A DNA stretch of 64,000 bases, taken from positions 62,001-126,000 of the forward strand of contig JACPAV010000024.1 in NCBI GenBank assembly GCA_016180645.1, in the 5' to 3' direction. This document shows, piece by piece, positions 38,682 to 49,340 of the stretch; within the stretch, counting starts at the first letter, position 1, and every line of letters begins with the position of its first letter. The notes under the pieces are model-generated. The model was given only the letters and a program-made list of their open reading frames with translations, ran no database searches and had not been told where the DNA came from. This stretch comes from Nitrospirota bacterium. GTDB lineage: Bacteria; JACPQY01. The position numbers and the translations under genes are program-made.

Positions 38682-41600
38682 ATGAACGACCCGAAATCGG
38701 TTTCGAGTAGCCCTAATCTTGACAATAACGATCATAATAAGAGCGACGAATCACCCTCTCGAAGAACTTTTCTCCAATTGATGGCCGGCGCGGGCGGATC
38801 GCTCGCGTTCATGACGAAAGACGCGTGGGGAAGCGTGTTCACCTTCTTCGAACCGTTCGACACGCCGAATCCACTCGCGCAGTACCCGAATCGCGGATGG
38901 GAATCGGTGTACCGCGATCTCCTTGCCTACGACAGCACGTTCAGTTTTCTCTGCGCCCCGAACGACACGCACAACTGCCTCCTCCGCGCCTACGTGAAGA
39001 ACGGCGTCATCACGCGCCTCGGTCCCACCTACGGTTTCGGCAAGGCCGTGGACCTCTATGGAAACAAAGCATCGCACCGTTGGGAGCCGCGCTGCTGCCA
39101 GAAGGGACTCGCGCTCGTCCGCCGGTTTTACGGCGACCGCCGATGCAAATATCCGCTCGTGCGGGCCGGATTCCGGCAGTGGGTGATGGACGGATTCCCC
39201 CGCGATCCGGAAACCGGCCGAGTACCGTCCAAGTACGTCAATCGGGGGCGCGACGGCTGGCTCCGAGTGTCCTGGGATGAAGCGTTTCAATTCTCCGCGA
39301 AAGCGATGGCCAACATTGCGGAGACATACTCGGGAGAGCAAGGCGTGAAGCGGCTGAAGGCGCAGGGGTACGACGAGGCCATGGTCGAAGCCGTCGGTGG
39401 AGCGGGCGTGCAGACGATCAAGTTCCGCGGCGGAATGGCCGCCCTCGGGGCCACGCGCATTTTCGCGCAGTACCGTCTGGCCAACAGCATGGCCCTCCTC
39501 GATGCCAAAATCCGAAACGTCGGTCCCGACAAGGCGATCGGCGCGCGCGGGTGGGACAACTACTCGTGGCATACGGATCTCCCGCCGGGCCATCCCATGG
39601 TGACCGGCCAGCAGACGGTGGACTGGGACCTCGTGTGCGTGGAGAACGCGAAGCTCGTCATCGCCTGGGGAATGAATTGGATCGCCACCAAAATGCCGGA
39701 CGCCCACTGGTTGACCGAGGCTCGCCTCAAGGGAACCAAAACCGTGGTGATCGCGTGCGAATACAGCGCCACGGCGAACAAGGCGGATGCCGCACTTGTC
39801 GTTCGTCCCGGCACCACTCCCGCTCTGGCCCTCGGACTGGCCGGCGTAATCCTCAAAGAGAAGTTGCACGACGAGGAGTACATTCGCCGCTACACCGACC
39901 TTCCGTTCCTCGTCCGCATGGACAACCTGAAACTCCTCCGCGCGGCGGAAGTCTGGCCGGATCGGAAAGCGTCGACGCTCCGGAACTACGTGTCCGTCGA
40001 GGCCTCGGGCGCGAAGTCGCCTCCGAATCACCTTCAGCCCACTCCGATCGTCCCCGAAGCCCTCCGGAACGAATGGGGCGATTACGTCGTATGGGACGAG
40101 ACGGCCAAGGGGCCGAAGGCCGTCAGCCGGGACGAATACGGAAAGAAAGCGGCCGCGCTCAAGCCGGCCGTGTCGGGAGCGTTCACGGTGAAACTGGCGT
40201 CCGGGGAAAGCGTGGCGGTGAGAACGGTATTCGATCTCCTGTCCGAGTATGTCGAGAAGAACTTCAACGTGGAGCAGACGAGCGAAATCACCTGGGCGCC
40301 GAAGGAGGGGATCGAATGGCTGGCGCGGGAGATCGCGAAGAACAAGGCCGCCACGCTGTTCGCCGTGGGCATGGGCCCGAACCAGTTTTTCAACAATGAT
40401 CTCAAGGACCGCGCGATCTTCTTCCTCGCCGCCCTCACGCGGAACATCGGGCTCATCGGCGCGAACGTGGGCAGTTTCGCGGGCAACTATCGCGCCGCCT
40501 TCTTCAACGGCCTGCCGCAGTTCATCGCGGAGAACCCCTTCGACCTGGAGCTGGACGGCGCCAAGCCATCCCGCCCCAAAGGCTACTCGAAAGCCGAATC
40601 GGTCCATTACTTCAACGACAGCGAGCACGTCCTCCGCGCGGGCAAGACGCTGATTACGGGGAAGAGCCACATTCCTACGCCCACCAAGGCGATCCACGTC
40701 ACGAACAGCAACTCCCTCATCGGCAATGCAAAGGGACACTACGAATCGGTGATCAACGTGTTCCCGCGCGTGGAGTTCATCGCCGTGAACGAGTGGTGGT
40801 GGACGGCCTCCTGCGAGTACGCCGACGTCGTCTTCCCCGTCGATTCCTGGGCGGAGTTCAAATATCCGGACCTCACCATTTCCGTGACCAATCCGTTCCT
40901 CTACGTTTATCCCCGGTCGCCGCTCCCGCGAATTTTCAACACGCGATCCGATCTGGAAGTGGCCGCCGGACTCTCGAATGCGATGGCGGACGTGACGGGC
41001 GATTCGCGGTTCCGCGACATGTGGAAGTTCGTGAACGAGGGCACCGCGGAGCCGTACCTCCAACGCGTGCTCGATCACAGCAGCGCCACGCGCGGATACA
41101 AGATGAACGACATCGAAAAGAAAGCGCAGGAGGGCGTCCCATCGATTCTCCTGAGCCGCACGTATCCGAAAGCCGCCGGATGGGAGCAGTCGAACGAAGA
41201 CAAGCCTTGGTACACGAAATCCGGCCGGCTGGAGTTTTATCGCGACGAACCGGAATTCATCGACAGCGGCGAGAACATGCTGGTCTACCGGGAGCCGGTG
41301 GATTCCACCTTCTACGAGCCGAACGTCATCGTGTCGGCGCCGCACCCGGCCCTCAAGCCGAAATCCCCGGAGGATTATGGCGTGAATCGCGCCGAGTTAT
41401 CCGGCGACAAACGCCAAACCCGCCACGTGGTCAAGCCCTGGAGCGACGTCAAGAACACGCAGCATCCGCTTATGAAGGAAGGGCACCGGTTCATCTATCA
41501 CACCCCCAAGTATCGTCACGGCGCACACACAACGCCGGTGGATACGGACGTCGTGGCCGTGTGGTTCGGCCCGTTCGGGGACGTGTACCGGCACGACAAG

Positions 41601-42209
41601 CGCAAGCCGTTCGTGGTCGAGTCGTTCGTCGACATCAATCCGCTCGACGGCAAGGAACTGGGAATTGAGGATGGGGATTACGTGTGGATCGACGCGGACC
41701 CGGCGGACCGGCCCTATCGCGGTTGGAAGAAGGGTACCGAGGAATACAAGTTGGCGCGGCTCCTGTTGCGTGCGCGGTACTATCCCGGTACACCGCGCGG
41801 CGTGGCGCGAACCTGGCACAACATGTTTGGATCGACCTACCAGAGCGTGAAGGGGCACGAGACGAATCCGACGGGCTTGGCGAAGGGTCCGGAGACGGGC
41901 TACCAGTCCATCTACCGGTACGGCAGCCACCAGAGCTGCACGCGCGGCTGGCTCAAGCCGACGTGGATGACCGACTCGCTCGTGCGAAAGGATCTCCTGG
42001 GCCAGAAAATCGGGAAGGGTTTCATGCCGGACGTCCACTGCCCCACCGGCGCGCCGCGTGAAAGTTTCGTCAAGATCACCAAGGCCGAGGACGGTGGGTA
42101 CGGAGGCGAAAAACTCTGGAAGCCTGCGAAGGACGGGTTCCGGCCCGGATATGAGAATGATTCCATGAAATCCTTCTTGCAGGGCGGTTTCGTCAAGGTG
42201 AAGGCGTAG
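38682..42209 (+). CDS. Periplasmic type II DMSO-reductase-family molybdoenzyme alpha subunit (NxrA/NarG-like)
   Basis: Tat motif SRRTFLQ, FS0 motif CAPNDTHNC...PRCC, WHTD Mo-ligand Asp, DLYGNKA and TPKYRH segments resembling Nitrospira/anammox-type NxrA. Confidence 0.85.
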   Translation: MNDPKSVSSSPNLDNNDHNKSDESPSRRTFLQLMAGAGGSLAFMTKDAWGSVFTFFEPFDTPNPLAQYPNRGWESVYRDLLAYDSTFSFLCAPNDTHNCLLRAYVKNGVITRLGPTYGFGKAVDLYGNKASHRWEPRCCQKGLALVRRFYGDRRCKYPLVRAGFRQWVMDGFPRDPETGRVPSKYVNRGRDGWLRVSWDEAFQFSAKAMANIAETYSGEQGVKRLKAQGYDEAMVEAVGGAGVQTIKFRGGMAALGATRIFAQYRLANSMALLDAKIRNVGPDKAIGARGWDNYSWHTDLPPGHPMVTGQQTVDWDLVCVENAKLVIAWGMNWIATKMPDAHWLTEARLKGTKTVVIACEYSATANKADAALVVRPGTTPALALGLAGVILKEKLHDEEYIRRYTDLPFLVRMDNLKLLRAAEVWPDRKASTLRNYVSVEASGAKSPPNHLQPTPIVPEALRNEWGDYVVWDETAKGPKAVSRDEYGKKAAALKPAVSGAFTVKLASGESVAVRTVFDLLSEYVEKNFNVEQTSEITWAPKEGIEWLAREIAKNKAATLFAVGMGPNQFFNNDLKDRAIFFLAALTRNIGLIGANVGSFAGNYRAAFFNGLPQFIAENPFDLELDGAKPSRPKGYSKAESVHYFNDSEHVLRAGKTLITGKSHIPTPTKAIHVTNSNSLIGNAKGHYESVINVFPRVEFIAVNEWWWTASCEYADVVFPVDSWAEFKYPDLTISVTNPFLYVYPRSPLPRIFNTRSDLEVAAGLSNAMADVTGDSRFRDMWKFVNEGTAEPYLQRVLDHSSATRGYKMNDIEKKAQEGVPSILLSRTYPKAAGWEQSNEDKPWYTKSGRLEFYRDEPEFIDSGENMLVYREPVDSTFYEPNVIVSAPHPALKPKSPEDYGVNRAELSGDKRQTRHVVKPWSDVKNTQHPLMKEGHRFIYHTPKYRHGAHTTPVDTDVVAVWFGPFGDVYRHDKRKPFVVESFVDINPLDGKELGIEDGDYVWIDADPADRPYRGWKKGTEEYKLARLLLRARYYPGTPRGVARTWHNMFGSTYQSVKGHETNPTGLAKGPETGYQSIYRYGSHQSCTRGWLKPTWMTDSLVRKDLLGQKIGKGFMPDVHCPTGAPRESFVKITKAEDGGYGGEKLWKPAKDGFRPGYENDSMKSFLQGGFVKVKA

Positions 42210-42217
42210 GCGAAGCG

Positions 42218-43345
42218 ATGCCGAAGGTGAAGAATTGGCAGATTCGGCGCGAGATGGAGTACCCCTACGAGGAGTCGCGCCCCAAGAAGCAGGTCGCCTA
42301 CATTTTCGATACCAACAAGTGCATCGAGTGCCAGACGTGCTCCATTGCCTGCAAGACGACGTGGACCTCCGGGAAGGGCCAGGAGTACATGTTCTGGAAC
42401 AACGTCGAGACGAAGCCGTACGGGTTTTATCCGCTCGGGTGGGATGTCAAAATCCTGGAGAAGCTCGGTCCGCAGGAGTGGAACGGCGGCGCTTACGCAG
42501 GGAAAACGGTTTTCGAAGCGGCGGCCCCCGGCGAACGCGTGTTGGGATATCAGCCGCAAGAGGAGGACTACGCCTCACCGAACGTCGGCGAAGACGATGT
42601 ATCCGCGGTCGTCGAAAAGGGCGCGTTCTTTCAGGGGATCCACAAGACGTGGATGTTCTACCTCGCGCGGATCTGCAATCACTGCACGTATCCCGCGTGC
42701 TTGGCGTCGTGCCCGCGGAAGGCGATCTACAAGCGTCCGGAGGACGGCGTGGTATTGATCGATCAGTCGCGGTGCCGCGGCTACCGTGAGTGCGTGAAAG
42801 CCTGCCCGTACAAGAAAGTGTTTTTCAATCTCATGACACGGGTCTCGGAGAAGTGCATCGCCTGTTACCCGCTTCTGGAACAGGGGAAGCAGCCGCGATG
42901 CGTGGAAACGTGCATCGGGAAGATCCGACTCCAAGGCTGGCTCAGCAAGCCGGGCGAGGAGAAGAAGGACAATCCGATCGACTATCTCGTTCGCATCAAG
43001 AAAATCGCCGTGCCGCTTTATCCTCAGTATGGATTGGAGCCGAACGTCTACTACATTCCACCGATCCACGTTCCGCGCGAATTCCTGCTCCAGATGTTCG
43101 GACCGGCGTTGGACCCGGCGGTCGCGGCCTATCGCGCCGCGAAGGACGACAAAGATCTGCTCGCGGCGCTCCTCTTGTTCGGATCATCGGACCAGACCTT
43201 GGGATCGTTCCGGCGCGAGGGAGAGATGGCGGTGGGACTCAACACGAACGGTCAGGAGGTGGTGCGTGTTCCTCTCAAGGAACCGGTCTACATCCGCCCG
43301 TATTTCGACAAGGAAAACAATGTCTACCGGCACAATATTTCGTAA
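42218..43345 (+). CDS. Fe-S beta subunit (NxrB/NarH-like)
   Basis: [51 protein letters not shown] and CIAC...CVETC motifs. Confidence 0.9.
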   Translation: MPKVKNWQIRREMEYPYEESRPKKQVAYIFDTNKCIECQTCSIACKTTWTSGKGQEYMFWNNVETKPYGFYPLGWDVKILEKLGPQEWNGGAYAGKTVFEAAAPGERVLGYQPQEEDYASPNVGEDDVSAVVEKGAFFQGIHKTWMFYLARICNHCTYPACLASCPRKAIYKRPEDGVVLIDQSRCRGYRECVKACPYKKVFFNLMTRVSEKCIACYPLLEQGKQPRCVETCIGKIRLQGWLSKPGEEKKDNPIDYLVRIKKIAVPLYPQYGLEPNVYYIPPIHVPREFLLQMFGPALDPAVAAYRAAKDDKDLLAALLLFGSSDQTLGSFRREGEMAVGLNTNGQEVVRVPLKEPVYIRPYFDKENNVYRHNIS

Positions 43346-44222
43346 CGTCGCAGGGACGATCCTCGCGTTGTTCATGGTGGCGCCCGCGCCGATGGCGGGC
43401 GATTTCGAGGTGGAATCGAAGAACATTGGACCCAAGCCCGTTCCGTCCGGTCCGGCCGACGACGCATGGGGTTCGGCGCCGGAAACAGAGCTTGCGCTTC
43501 TGCCGCAGAACATGATCGCGCCCTCGCTGATCGAACTCACCATCCCGTCGCTGAAAGTCCGCAGCCTCCATAACGAGACGGACATCGCCATCCGCCTGCA
43601 GTGGCCTGACAGGACGCGTGACAGCATCCAGGACATCGGCCGTTTCTCGGATGGTTGCGCGATCGAATTCCCGATCGGCCCGGCGGACCCTTCGCCGTTC
43701 ATGGGTCACGCGTCGCCCGGTCCGGGCCAGCCGGCAGGCCGCGTTCACATCGTTCACTGGAAAGCCACGTGGCAGGATGACATGGACCTCGGATTTCAGG
43801 GGGTTGCGAAGATCTATCCGAACGGATGGTGGGACGTTTACCCCTTTCTGAACGGCGCGTATCCGTTCCTGACGGAGGACAGCCTGACGGGCCGACAGAC
43901 CATGAACTACTCGCCCGGAACGTACGTCGGCAATCCGGTCTCCCTGATGAAGCGAAAGGTGCCGGTCGAGGAGTTGATCGCGGAAGGGTTCGGGACGCTT
44001 ACCACACAGCCGCGGCAGGACGCGTCCGGCCGGGGCGAGTGGAAGAGTGGTGCGTGGACGGTCGTTCTCATCCGCCCTCTTGTGTCGAAGGACGCGATGG
44101 ACAGCGTCCTTCCCTTTGACGGCGAATCGAAAATCGCGTTTGCGCTGTGGAACGGATCCGATGAGGACCGCGGCGCGCGCAAGCACTACTTCCCATGGAT
44201 TCCACTCAAGATTCAGAAGTAG
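43320..44222 (+). CDS. Heme-b gamma subunit (EbdC/NxrC-like)
   Basis: AAGGA RBS, signal peptide, [20 protein letters not shown] (Met ligand), [15 protein letters not shown]...RG.RK (Lys ligand). Confidence 0.8.
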   Translation: MSTGTIFRNVAGTILALFMVAPAPMAGDFEVESKNIGPKPVPSGPADDAWGSAPETELALLPQNMIAPSLIELTIPSLKVRSLHNETDIAIRLQWPDRTRDSIQDIGRFSDGCAIEFPIGPADPSPFMGHASPGPGQPAGRVHIVHWKATWQDDMDLGFQGVAKIYPNGWWDVYPFLNGAYPFLTEDSLTGRQTMNYSPGTYVGNPVSLMKRKVPVEELIAEGFGTLTTQPRQDASGRGEWKSGAWTVVLIRPLVSKDAMDSVLPFDGESKIAFALWNGSDEDRGARKHYFPWIPLKIQK

Positions 44223-44947
44223 GCCGGCCTGCGGTCGGCGGCATCGGTCCGGTCGGCCATGACGAGGTTAACCGCTGGATCGTTTGCGCCGATGTGTATC
44301 GCTTCCTGGCGGGGTGCTTCCGCTATCCCGAGACGGATGTGATGGCGACGAATCTTTCAGTGCTGGCGCTGGGGCTGGAGAAAATACAGACCGTTCCCAA
44401 ATCCGTCCGAGCCCACATGCATCGGATGGCCGGCCTGCTGAATGGGGTGGGGGGACAGGATCTCCGTATCGAGCACGAACGCTTGTTCGGGACAAACCCG
44501 CTTTGTTCACCCTATGAGACTTCGTATTGCCCGGCGCGGAAGGAACGGATCCTTGGAGATTTGGCGGGCTTCTATCGGGCGTTCGGACTCCTGCCGGTCG
44601 CGGCTCGACCCGACATGCCGGATCACATTTGTGCGGAGATGGAGTTCATGTCAGTCGTCCTCCTCAAGGCGGCGTATGGATTGCGCCGAGGCGCCCGCGA
44701 AATGTCGGAAGTGTGCTTGAACGCCCACCAATCCTTCCTCGCCGATCACGTCGGCCGCTGGTACGCGGCCTTTGCGGATGCAGCGGAGGAACGGACGGAC
44801 CTGGACGTATTCCGGAGCACAGCCGATCTGCTTCGTGAGTGGGTCGAGACCGATCTTCGCCTCTCCCACGTGAGCGCTACCTCCTACTCAGCCTCCCCTA
44901 CCATCCCCTTCGGCGATTCCTCCCCCGCCTGCCCGATCGTTTCCTGA
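44195..44947 (+). CDS. TorD/DmsD/NarJ-family maturation chaperone
   Basis: PYETSY, GFYRAFG, PDHICAEMEFM and FLADH motifs. Confidence 0.85.
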   Translation: MDSTQDSEVGRPAVGGIGPVGHDEVNRWIVCADVYRFLAGCFRYPETDVMATNLSVLALGLEKIQTVPKSVRAHMHRMAGLLNGVGGQDLRIEHERLFGTNPLCSPYETSYCPARKERILGDLAGFYRAFGLLPVAARPDMPDHICAEMEFMSVVLLKAAYGLRRGAREMSEVCLNAHQSFLADHVGRWYAAFADAAEERTDLDVFRSTADLLREWVETDLRLSHVSATSYSASPTIPFGDSSPACPIVS

Positions 44948-45264
44948 GCCGACCGGAGAATATTCACTTGAGATCCCATCCCGTAGCTTGGACAGAATGC
45001 GCGAACCACGGGGCCACGGCTCTGGAGAACTTCGGGCTCGACGCAGATCCTTGGAATCGAACCCTGAAACCCATTGTAGCCATTGTCGGCGGTCACCTGA
45101 CGGGTAGATAGTCCTGACGAGGGCGTGGCTTGCGGGGCATGGCAGAGAGGATGCAGGCTGAAGCCCCATGCCAAGGAGGGTATGGGGCCATGATATGTTG
45201 CCGTGCCATGGAGGGCATGGCATGGAACATGGCCTGCGGCTACCAACCAGGGAGGGGGGAGCGG

Positions 45265-46368
45265 TCAGGAGGAGTGGTTGAGGGTGTCCAGGTGGGCGAG
45301 GAGGCGGTCGCGGGCGTGTTCTGAGACTTCCACGAACTGGCCGCGGACTTGAAAACCGCGGTCTTCCAAAGCCGTCAGCCCCAAAACGCGGCAGAGCAGG
45401 GGCACCGGCTGATCCTGCAAAGAGAGCGAGAGCGCCATGAGATCGCCCTCCTCGAGAGGCGAAGGCGTGAATGCGAGAAGACCGTCCGTGCTCAGATTGA
45501 TCATGTCGGCCTTTTCCAAGGGGAACAGGTCGTCCTTCATGATCCGTTCGACCGAGGCCCGATCGCTCCGGCTGAACGGGATGCGCTTGAACGAGAACGC
45601 GCCGTTGGCATCGAGCCTGACGAACCGCAGCTTCTCCATGACGCCCTTTGGAGGGGACTTCGGCTCAATGTTCAGACCGTCGCGGGACACCGCGGCATCC
45701 TGGATTCGACCGTCGCGAAGCTGAAGCACGCGCCGGGCGTGGAACGCGACGCTCTGATCGTGCGTCACCACGATCACCGTCACCCCGTGCTCCTGGTTGG
45801 CGGAGACCAGGGCTTCGAGTACTTTTTCGGCGGAGGAGGTATCGAGGTTCCCCGTCGGTTCGTCGGCCAGAATCACCTCGGGCGAATTGGACAACGCGCG
45901 GGCGATCGCCACCCTCTGACGTTCTCCGCCCGAGAGTTGATGGGGACGAAAATGGAGCCGTTCATGGAGGCCGAATTCATCGAGGAGAGAGACGGCGCGA
46001 TGCGACCGCTCGGCAACGTCCACTTCGGTCGCCATCATGGGAATTTGCACGTTTTCCAGAGCGGTAAGCGTGGGGATCAGGTGAAAAGCCTGGAAAACGA
46101 AACCGATCTTGCGGGACCGGAAGTCGGCGAGATCGGTCTGGCTGAACAGGGTGCGTCCCTCGAACAGAATCTCCCCGGCTTCGGGTGGCTCCAGCGCGCC
46201 CAGGATGCTCAGGAGAGTGGATTTCCCGCTTCCGCTCGGTCCCATGATGGCCATGAACTCGCCGCTCTCCACGGTGAGGTTGACGTCGCGGAGAGCCTGC
46301 ACGCGGCCTCCCTCGAAGGATTTTGAGACGTTCTTCGCGATGATGATGGGTTGTTTCTTCGTTCCCAT
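45265..46368 (-). CDS. LolD/MacB-type ABC ATPase with C-terminal PilZ-like domain
   Basis: GPSGSGKST, LSGGE, LADEPTGNLD and VTHD motifs. The C-terminus has EKLRFVRL...NLSTDG...GQF. Confidence 0.8.
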   Translation of the reverse strand: MGTKKQPIIIAKNVSKSFEGGRVQALRDVNLTVESGEFMAIMGPSGSGKSTLLSILGALEPPEAGEILFEGRTLFSQTDLADFRSRKIGFVFQAFHLIPTLTALENVQIPMMATEVDVAERSHRAVSLLDEFGLHERLHFRPHQLSGGERQRVAIARALSNSPEVILADEPTGNLDTSSAEKVLEALVSANQEHGVTVIVVTHDQSVAFHARRVLQLRDGRIQDAAVSRDGLNIEPKSPPKGVMEKLRFVRLDANGAFSFKRIPFSRSDRASVERIMKDDLFPLEKADMINLSTDGLLAFTPSPLEEGDLMALSLSLQDQPVPLLCRVLGLTALEDRGFQVRGQFVEVSEHARDRLLAHLDTLNHSS

Positions 46369-46434
46369 GGAAGGGGGATTATACTCCGGTTGGCGTTGAA
46401 TGGGGCGGGAAAGGCTTGGGTCCGAGTCGTGTCC

Positions 46435-46491
46435 GGTAGGCGCACCCTTCATGGGTGCGTCTTGGGACGCGGGCTGAAGCCCGCGGCTACC
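46435..46491. repeat. 57-bp REP doublet, intergenic variant
   Basis: GGTAGGCGCACCCTTCATGGGTGCGTCTTGGGACGCGGGCTGAAGCCCGCGGCTACC. Confidence 0.85.
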
Positions 46492-46565
46492 CCGAGCGAA
46501 TCGAGGTATTCACGCTGAGCGGCCAGCTTAATTGCCGCAACGTGATGCCGCAATGTAGCGTCAAT

Positions 46566-46610
46566 TGTGACGTAAATCACGTTTGACAAATACTGCCCTC
46601 TGGTTACAAT
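46566..46610 (+). promoter_or_regulatory. CRP-like box next to a sigma70 promoter
   Basis: TGTGA-CGTAAA-TCACG, then TTGACA(46583)-N16-TACAAT, with the ATG only 9 nt downstream. Confidence 0.6.
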
Positions 46611-46619
46611 GGGTTAGAT

Positions 46620-47873
46620 ATGCCCTCCGAGCAGGATGATCTACTCAAGGATGGTCTGACCGGTTTCCCAAGTCTGCCGGCGGCACTTCCCAAAGTAAAG
46701 GATCTGCTCGCAAACCTCCGCCAACTCGGTCTGATTTACGTGGACCTCACCCAGTACAGCCGCTTCGAAGAAGAGGCCGGACGGGAGAATTTCGATCACT
46801 TGGTCAAGTTGGTCTCCGCGAAGTTTGAAGAGTTCATCGGGGAGCTGTCGTCAGAGCACGTTCTCACGGTGGACTGGCCGAGCGGGGGCGACCTCATCGC
46901 GTTCGTGGGCTTCCGGGACGAATCGGTGGATCGAACGGCCATGCACGAAATCTGCCAGATGCTCAACTTCGAATTGATGGCCGTGCTCGAATCACAGTTG
47001 AATCGAAACGGGGGGGGGCGCCACGGTGTGTTCGTGGGCTATGACGTGATCGAGCACAATCCGCTTGTCCGCTTCGAACGGCTTGTCCATCGCGGGATCA
47101 ACGAAGCCCTCCACATGGCGTTGAACGAGGATGTGCGCGAGCGGAATTACCGCGCGGAGCGGCTGCGGGACATTGTGCGCCGCGGCGACTTGCGCCCGAT
47201 GTTCCAGCCGATCGTCAATCTTCAGAAAGGGTACGTCCTTGGATACGAAGTCCTGATCCGCGGTCCCGAGAATACGAAGTTCGAAGATCCTTCCATTCTT
47301 TTTTCGACGGCCCATACGTGCAGTCTCACGCTGCCCCTTGAGCAGGCCGGGCAGAAGCGCATGGTGGACATGCTGAGGGGCAACGGCAAGCACCTGTACT
47401 TCATCAACGTCGAGCCGAACATCATCGAGAGCGGCGATTTCCAGCAACTGCCGATCCTCCAGGACAAAACCCTGCCCCTTCACCGGATTGTCATCGAGGT
47501 CACCGAGCGCGCCGCGATCAAGGACCCGGAGTCGTTCGCGCGCATCCTGAAGCAGATCAAGGCGCGCGGACTGCGAGTGGCGGTGGACGACGTGGGGTCC
47601 GGATACTCGTCCATCGAGTCGGTCGCTTTCCTCAAGCCGGATTTCATCAAGATCGACCACATGCTTGTCCACGGCATTCACGAAGACTCCACGCGGCGGG
47701 AGATCGCCACGACCATTCTCCAGCTCTCCCAGCGCATCAACTCCAACACCATCGCGGAGGGCATCGAGAGGGCGATCGATTTCGAAACGCTCGTCAACCT
47801 CGGTGTGGAATTGGGCCAGGGATTTCACATCGGGCGTCCGCGCTCCGAGCCGTACCAGCCGCAGTTCCGATAG
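46620..47873 (+). CDS. EAL c-di-GMP phosphodiesterase with degenerate GGDEF domain
   Basis: DGLTG and SGGDL (degenerate GGDEF); FQPIV, YEVLIR, DDVGSGYS, IKID, EGIE and QGF motifs. Confidence 0.85.
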   Translation: MPSEQDDLLKDGLTGFPSLPAALPKVKDLLANLRQLGLIYVDLTQYSRFEEEAGRENFDHLVKLVSAKFEEFIGELSSEHVLTVDWPSGGDLIAFVGFRDESVDRTAMHEICQMLNFELMAVLESQLNRNGGGRHGVFVGYDVIEHNPLVRFERLVHRGINEALHMALNEDVRERNYRAERLRDIVRRGDLRPMFQPIVNLQKGYVLGYEVLIRGPENTKFEDPSILFSTAHTCSLTLPLEQAGQKRMVDMLRGNGKHLYFINVEPNIIESGDFQQLPILQDKTLPLHRIVIEVTERAAIKDPESFARILKQIKARGLRVAVDDVGSGYSSIESVAFLKPDFIKIDHMLVHGIHEDSTRREIATTILQLSQRINSNTIAEGIERAIDFETLVNLGVELGQGFHIGRPRSEPYQPQFR

Positions 47874-47927
47874 CGATCCGCCGCGGCCCACCGAGACGCG
47901 CGGGGTCGGTTGCGGTAGACTCTCCCC

Positions 47928-49340
47928 ATGGCTGACGATTCTCTTCCTCTTTTCGAAAAGCGGGCCGTGAAAGGTGGAATTCCGCCTGCCGCCGCTCCCC
48001 TCGCCGAGCGAATGCGACCCGTCATGCCGGATGAGGTGCTGGGACAGGAGGCCGTGCTGGGAGAGGGATCGCCCCTTCGAGAACTGATCGCAAGGGACAC
48101 CGTGCCGTCGGCCGTTCTCTGGGGGCCTCCGGGATCGGGGAAAACGACCGTTGCCCGGCTGGTACAGGCGGCGACGAAGAAAAGCGTCGTTTCATTTTCT
48201 GCGGTCGCATCGGGGACGAAGGAAGTCAGAGCCGTTCTGGAACGCGCCACCCAGGAGTGGAAAAGCCTCGGACGGGGAATCTTGGTTTTTGTAGACGAGA
48301 TCCACCACTTCAACAAGACCCAGCAGGACATTTTCCTGCCGCACGTGGAGGAGGGTAGCGTCACGCTGCTGGCCACCACCACGGAGAATCCATCCTTCTA
48401 CATCATCAGCCCGCTGCTCTCGCGGTGTCAGGTTTACGTTTTCAATCGGCTGGACACCGAGCACGTCGAGAAGATCCTCCGGCGGGCGATCCACGATGCC
48501 GAGAAAGGGCTGGCCAAACAGGGGGTCCAGGTTCCGGATTCCGTGGTTCGCGAAATCGCGGAGCGGGCGGATGGGGACGCTCGACGCGCCCTGAACACGC
48601 TTGAGGTGGTATCCCGATTGGCTGCTCCGGGATCGGCGGTGACCGCGGAGATACTGCAAAAAGCGCTTGCGGGGAAAGTCTATCGCTACGATCGCGATCG
48701 CGAGGAACACTACAATGTCATTTCGGCCTTCATCAAGAGCATGCGCGGAAGCGACGCCGATGCCGCGGTCTACTGGCTCGCGCGGATGCTGGAAGCGGGC
48801 GAGGAGCCACTTTTCATCGCACGGCGATTGGTGATCTTTGCGTCGGAGGACGTTGGGAACGCCGACCCGCAAGCCATTCAGGTCGCCGTGTCGGCCATGC
48901 AGTCGCTCGATTTCGTCGGGATGCCCGAGGGGTATCTCCCTCTTGCTCAGGCCACCACCTATCTGGCCACGGCCCCAAAGTCGAACGCGTCGTACAAGGC
49001 CTACTTAGAGGCCAAGGGGGACGTAAAGCGCATGGGAACGCTCGATGTGCCGGTCCATCTCCGGAATGCGCCGACCGAATTCATGGAGGGCCTGGGGTAC
49101 GGGCGCGATTATGTCTATCCGCACGATGCGTCGGCGGCCGGAGTCCGCCAATCTTACTTGCCCAAATCACTGGAGGGTAGGCAGTACTATCGGCCGAAGC
49201 CGGTGGGTTACGAAGAGGAGATCGCCGAGAGGATGAAAGAATGGGATCAGATTCGAGAGAAGGCGCCCGATGGAACTCCCCGAAGCGGAAGTCGTTTGCC
49301 GACAGCTACAGGAAAAGCTGGCCGGTCGACGACTGAATGA
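47928..49340 (+). CDS. rarA: Replication-associated recombination protein A
   Basis: PLAERMRP, WGPPGSGKTT, DEIH, ISAFIKSMRGSD and ASEDVGNADP motifs. Confidence 0.95.
   Translation: MADDSLPLFEKRAVKGGIPPAAAPLAERMRPVMPDEVLGQEAVLGEGSPLRELIARDTVPSAVLWGPPGSGKTTVARLVQAATKKSVVSFSAVASGTKEVRAVLERATQEWKSLGRGILVFVDEIHHFNKTQQDIFLPHVEEGSVTLLATTTENPSFYIISPLLSRCQVYVFNRLDTEHVEKILRRAIHDAEKGLAKQGVQVPDSVVREIAERADGDARRALNTLEVVSRLAAPGSAVTAEILQKALAGKVYRYDRDREEHYNVISAFIKSMRGSDADAAVYWLARMLEAGEEPLFIARRLVIFASEDVGNADPQAIQVAVSAMQSLDFVGMPEGYLPLAQATTYLATAPKSNASYKAYLEAKGDVKRMGTLDVPVHLRNAPTEFMEGLGYGRDYVYPHDASAAGVRQSYLPKSLEGRQYYRPKPVGYEEEIAERMKEWDQIREKAPDGTPRSGSRLPTATGKAGRSTTE

Noticed and set aside
38751-41345. 864-aa antisense ORF; also 28123..29184, 45349..46326, 46992..47891 and 11842..13029
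   Set aside because: Shadow ORFs opposite well-supported genes, expected from high GC3 codon bias, with no independent motifs.
45135-45244. GGCATGG-rich stretch containing split REP-like halves
   Set aside because: Too degenerate to define. Probably a decayed REP or terminator region between convergent genes.
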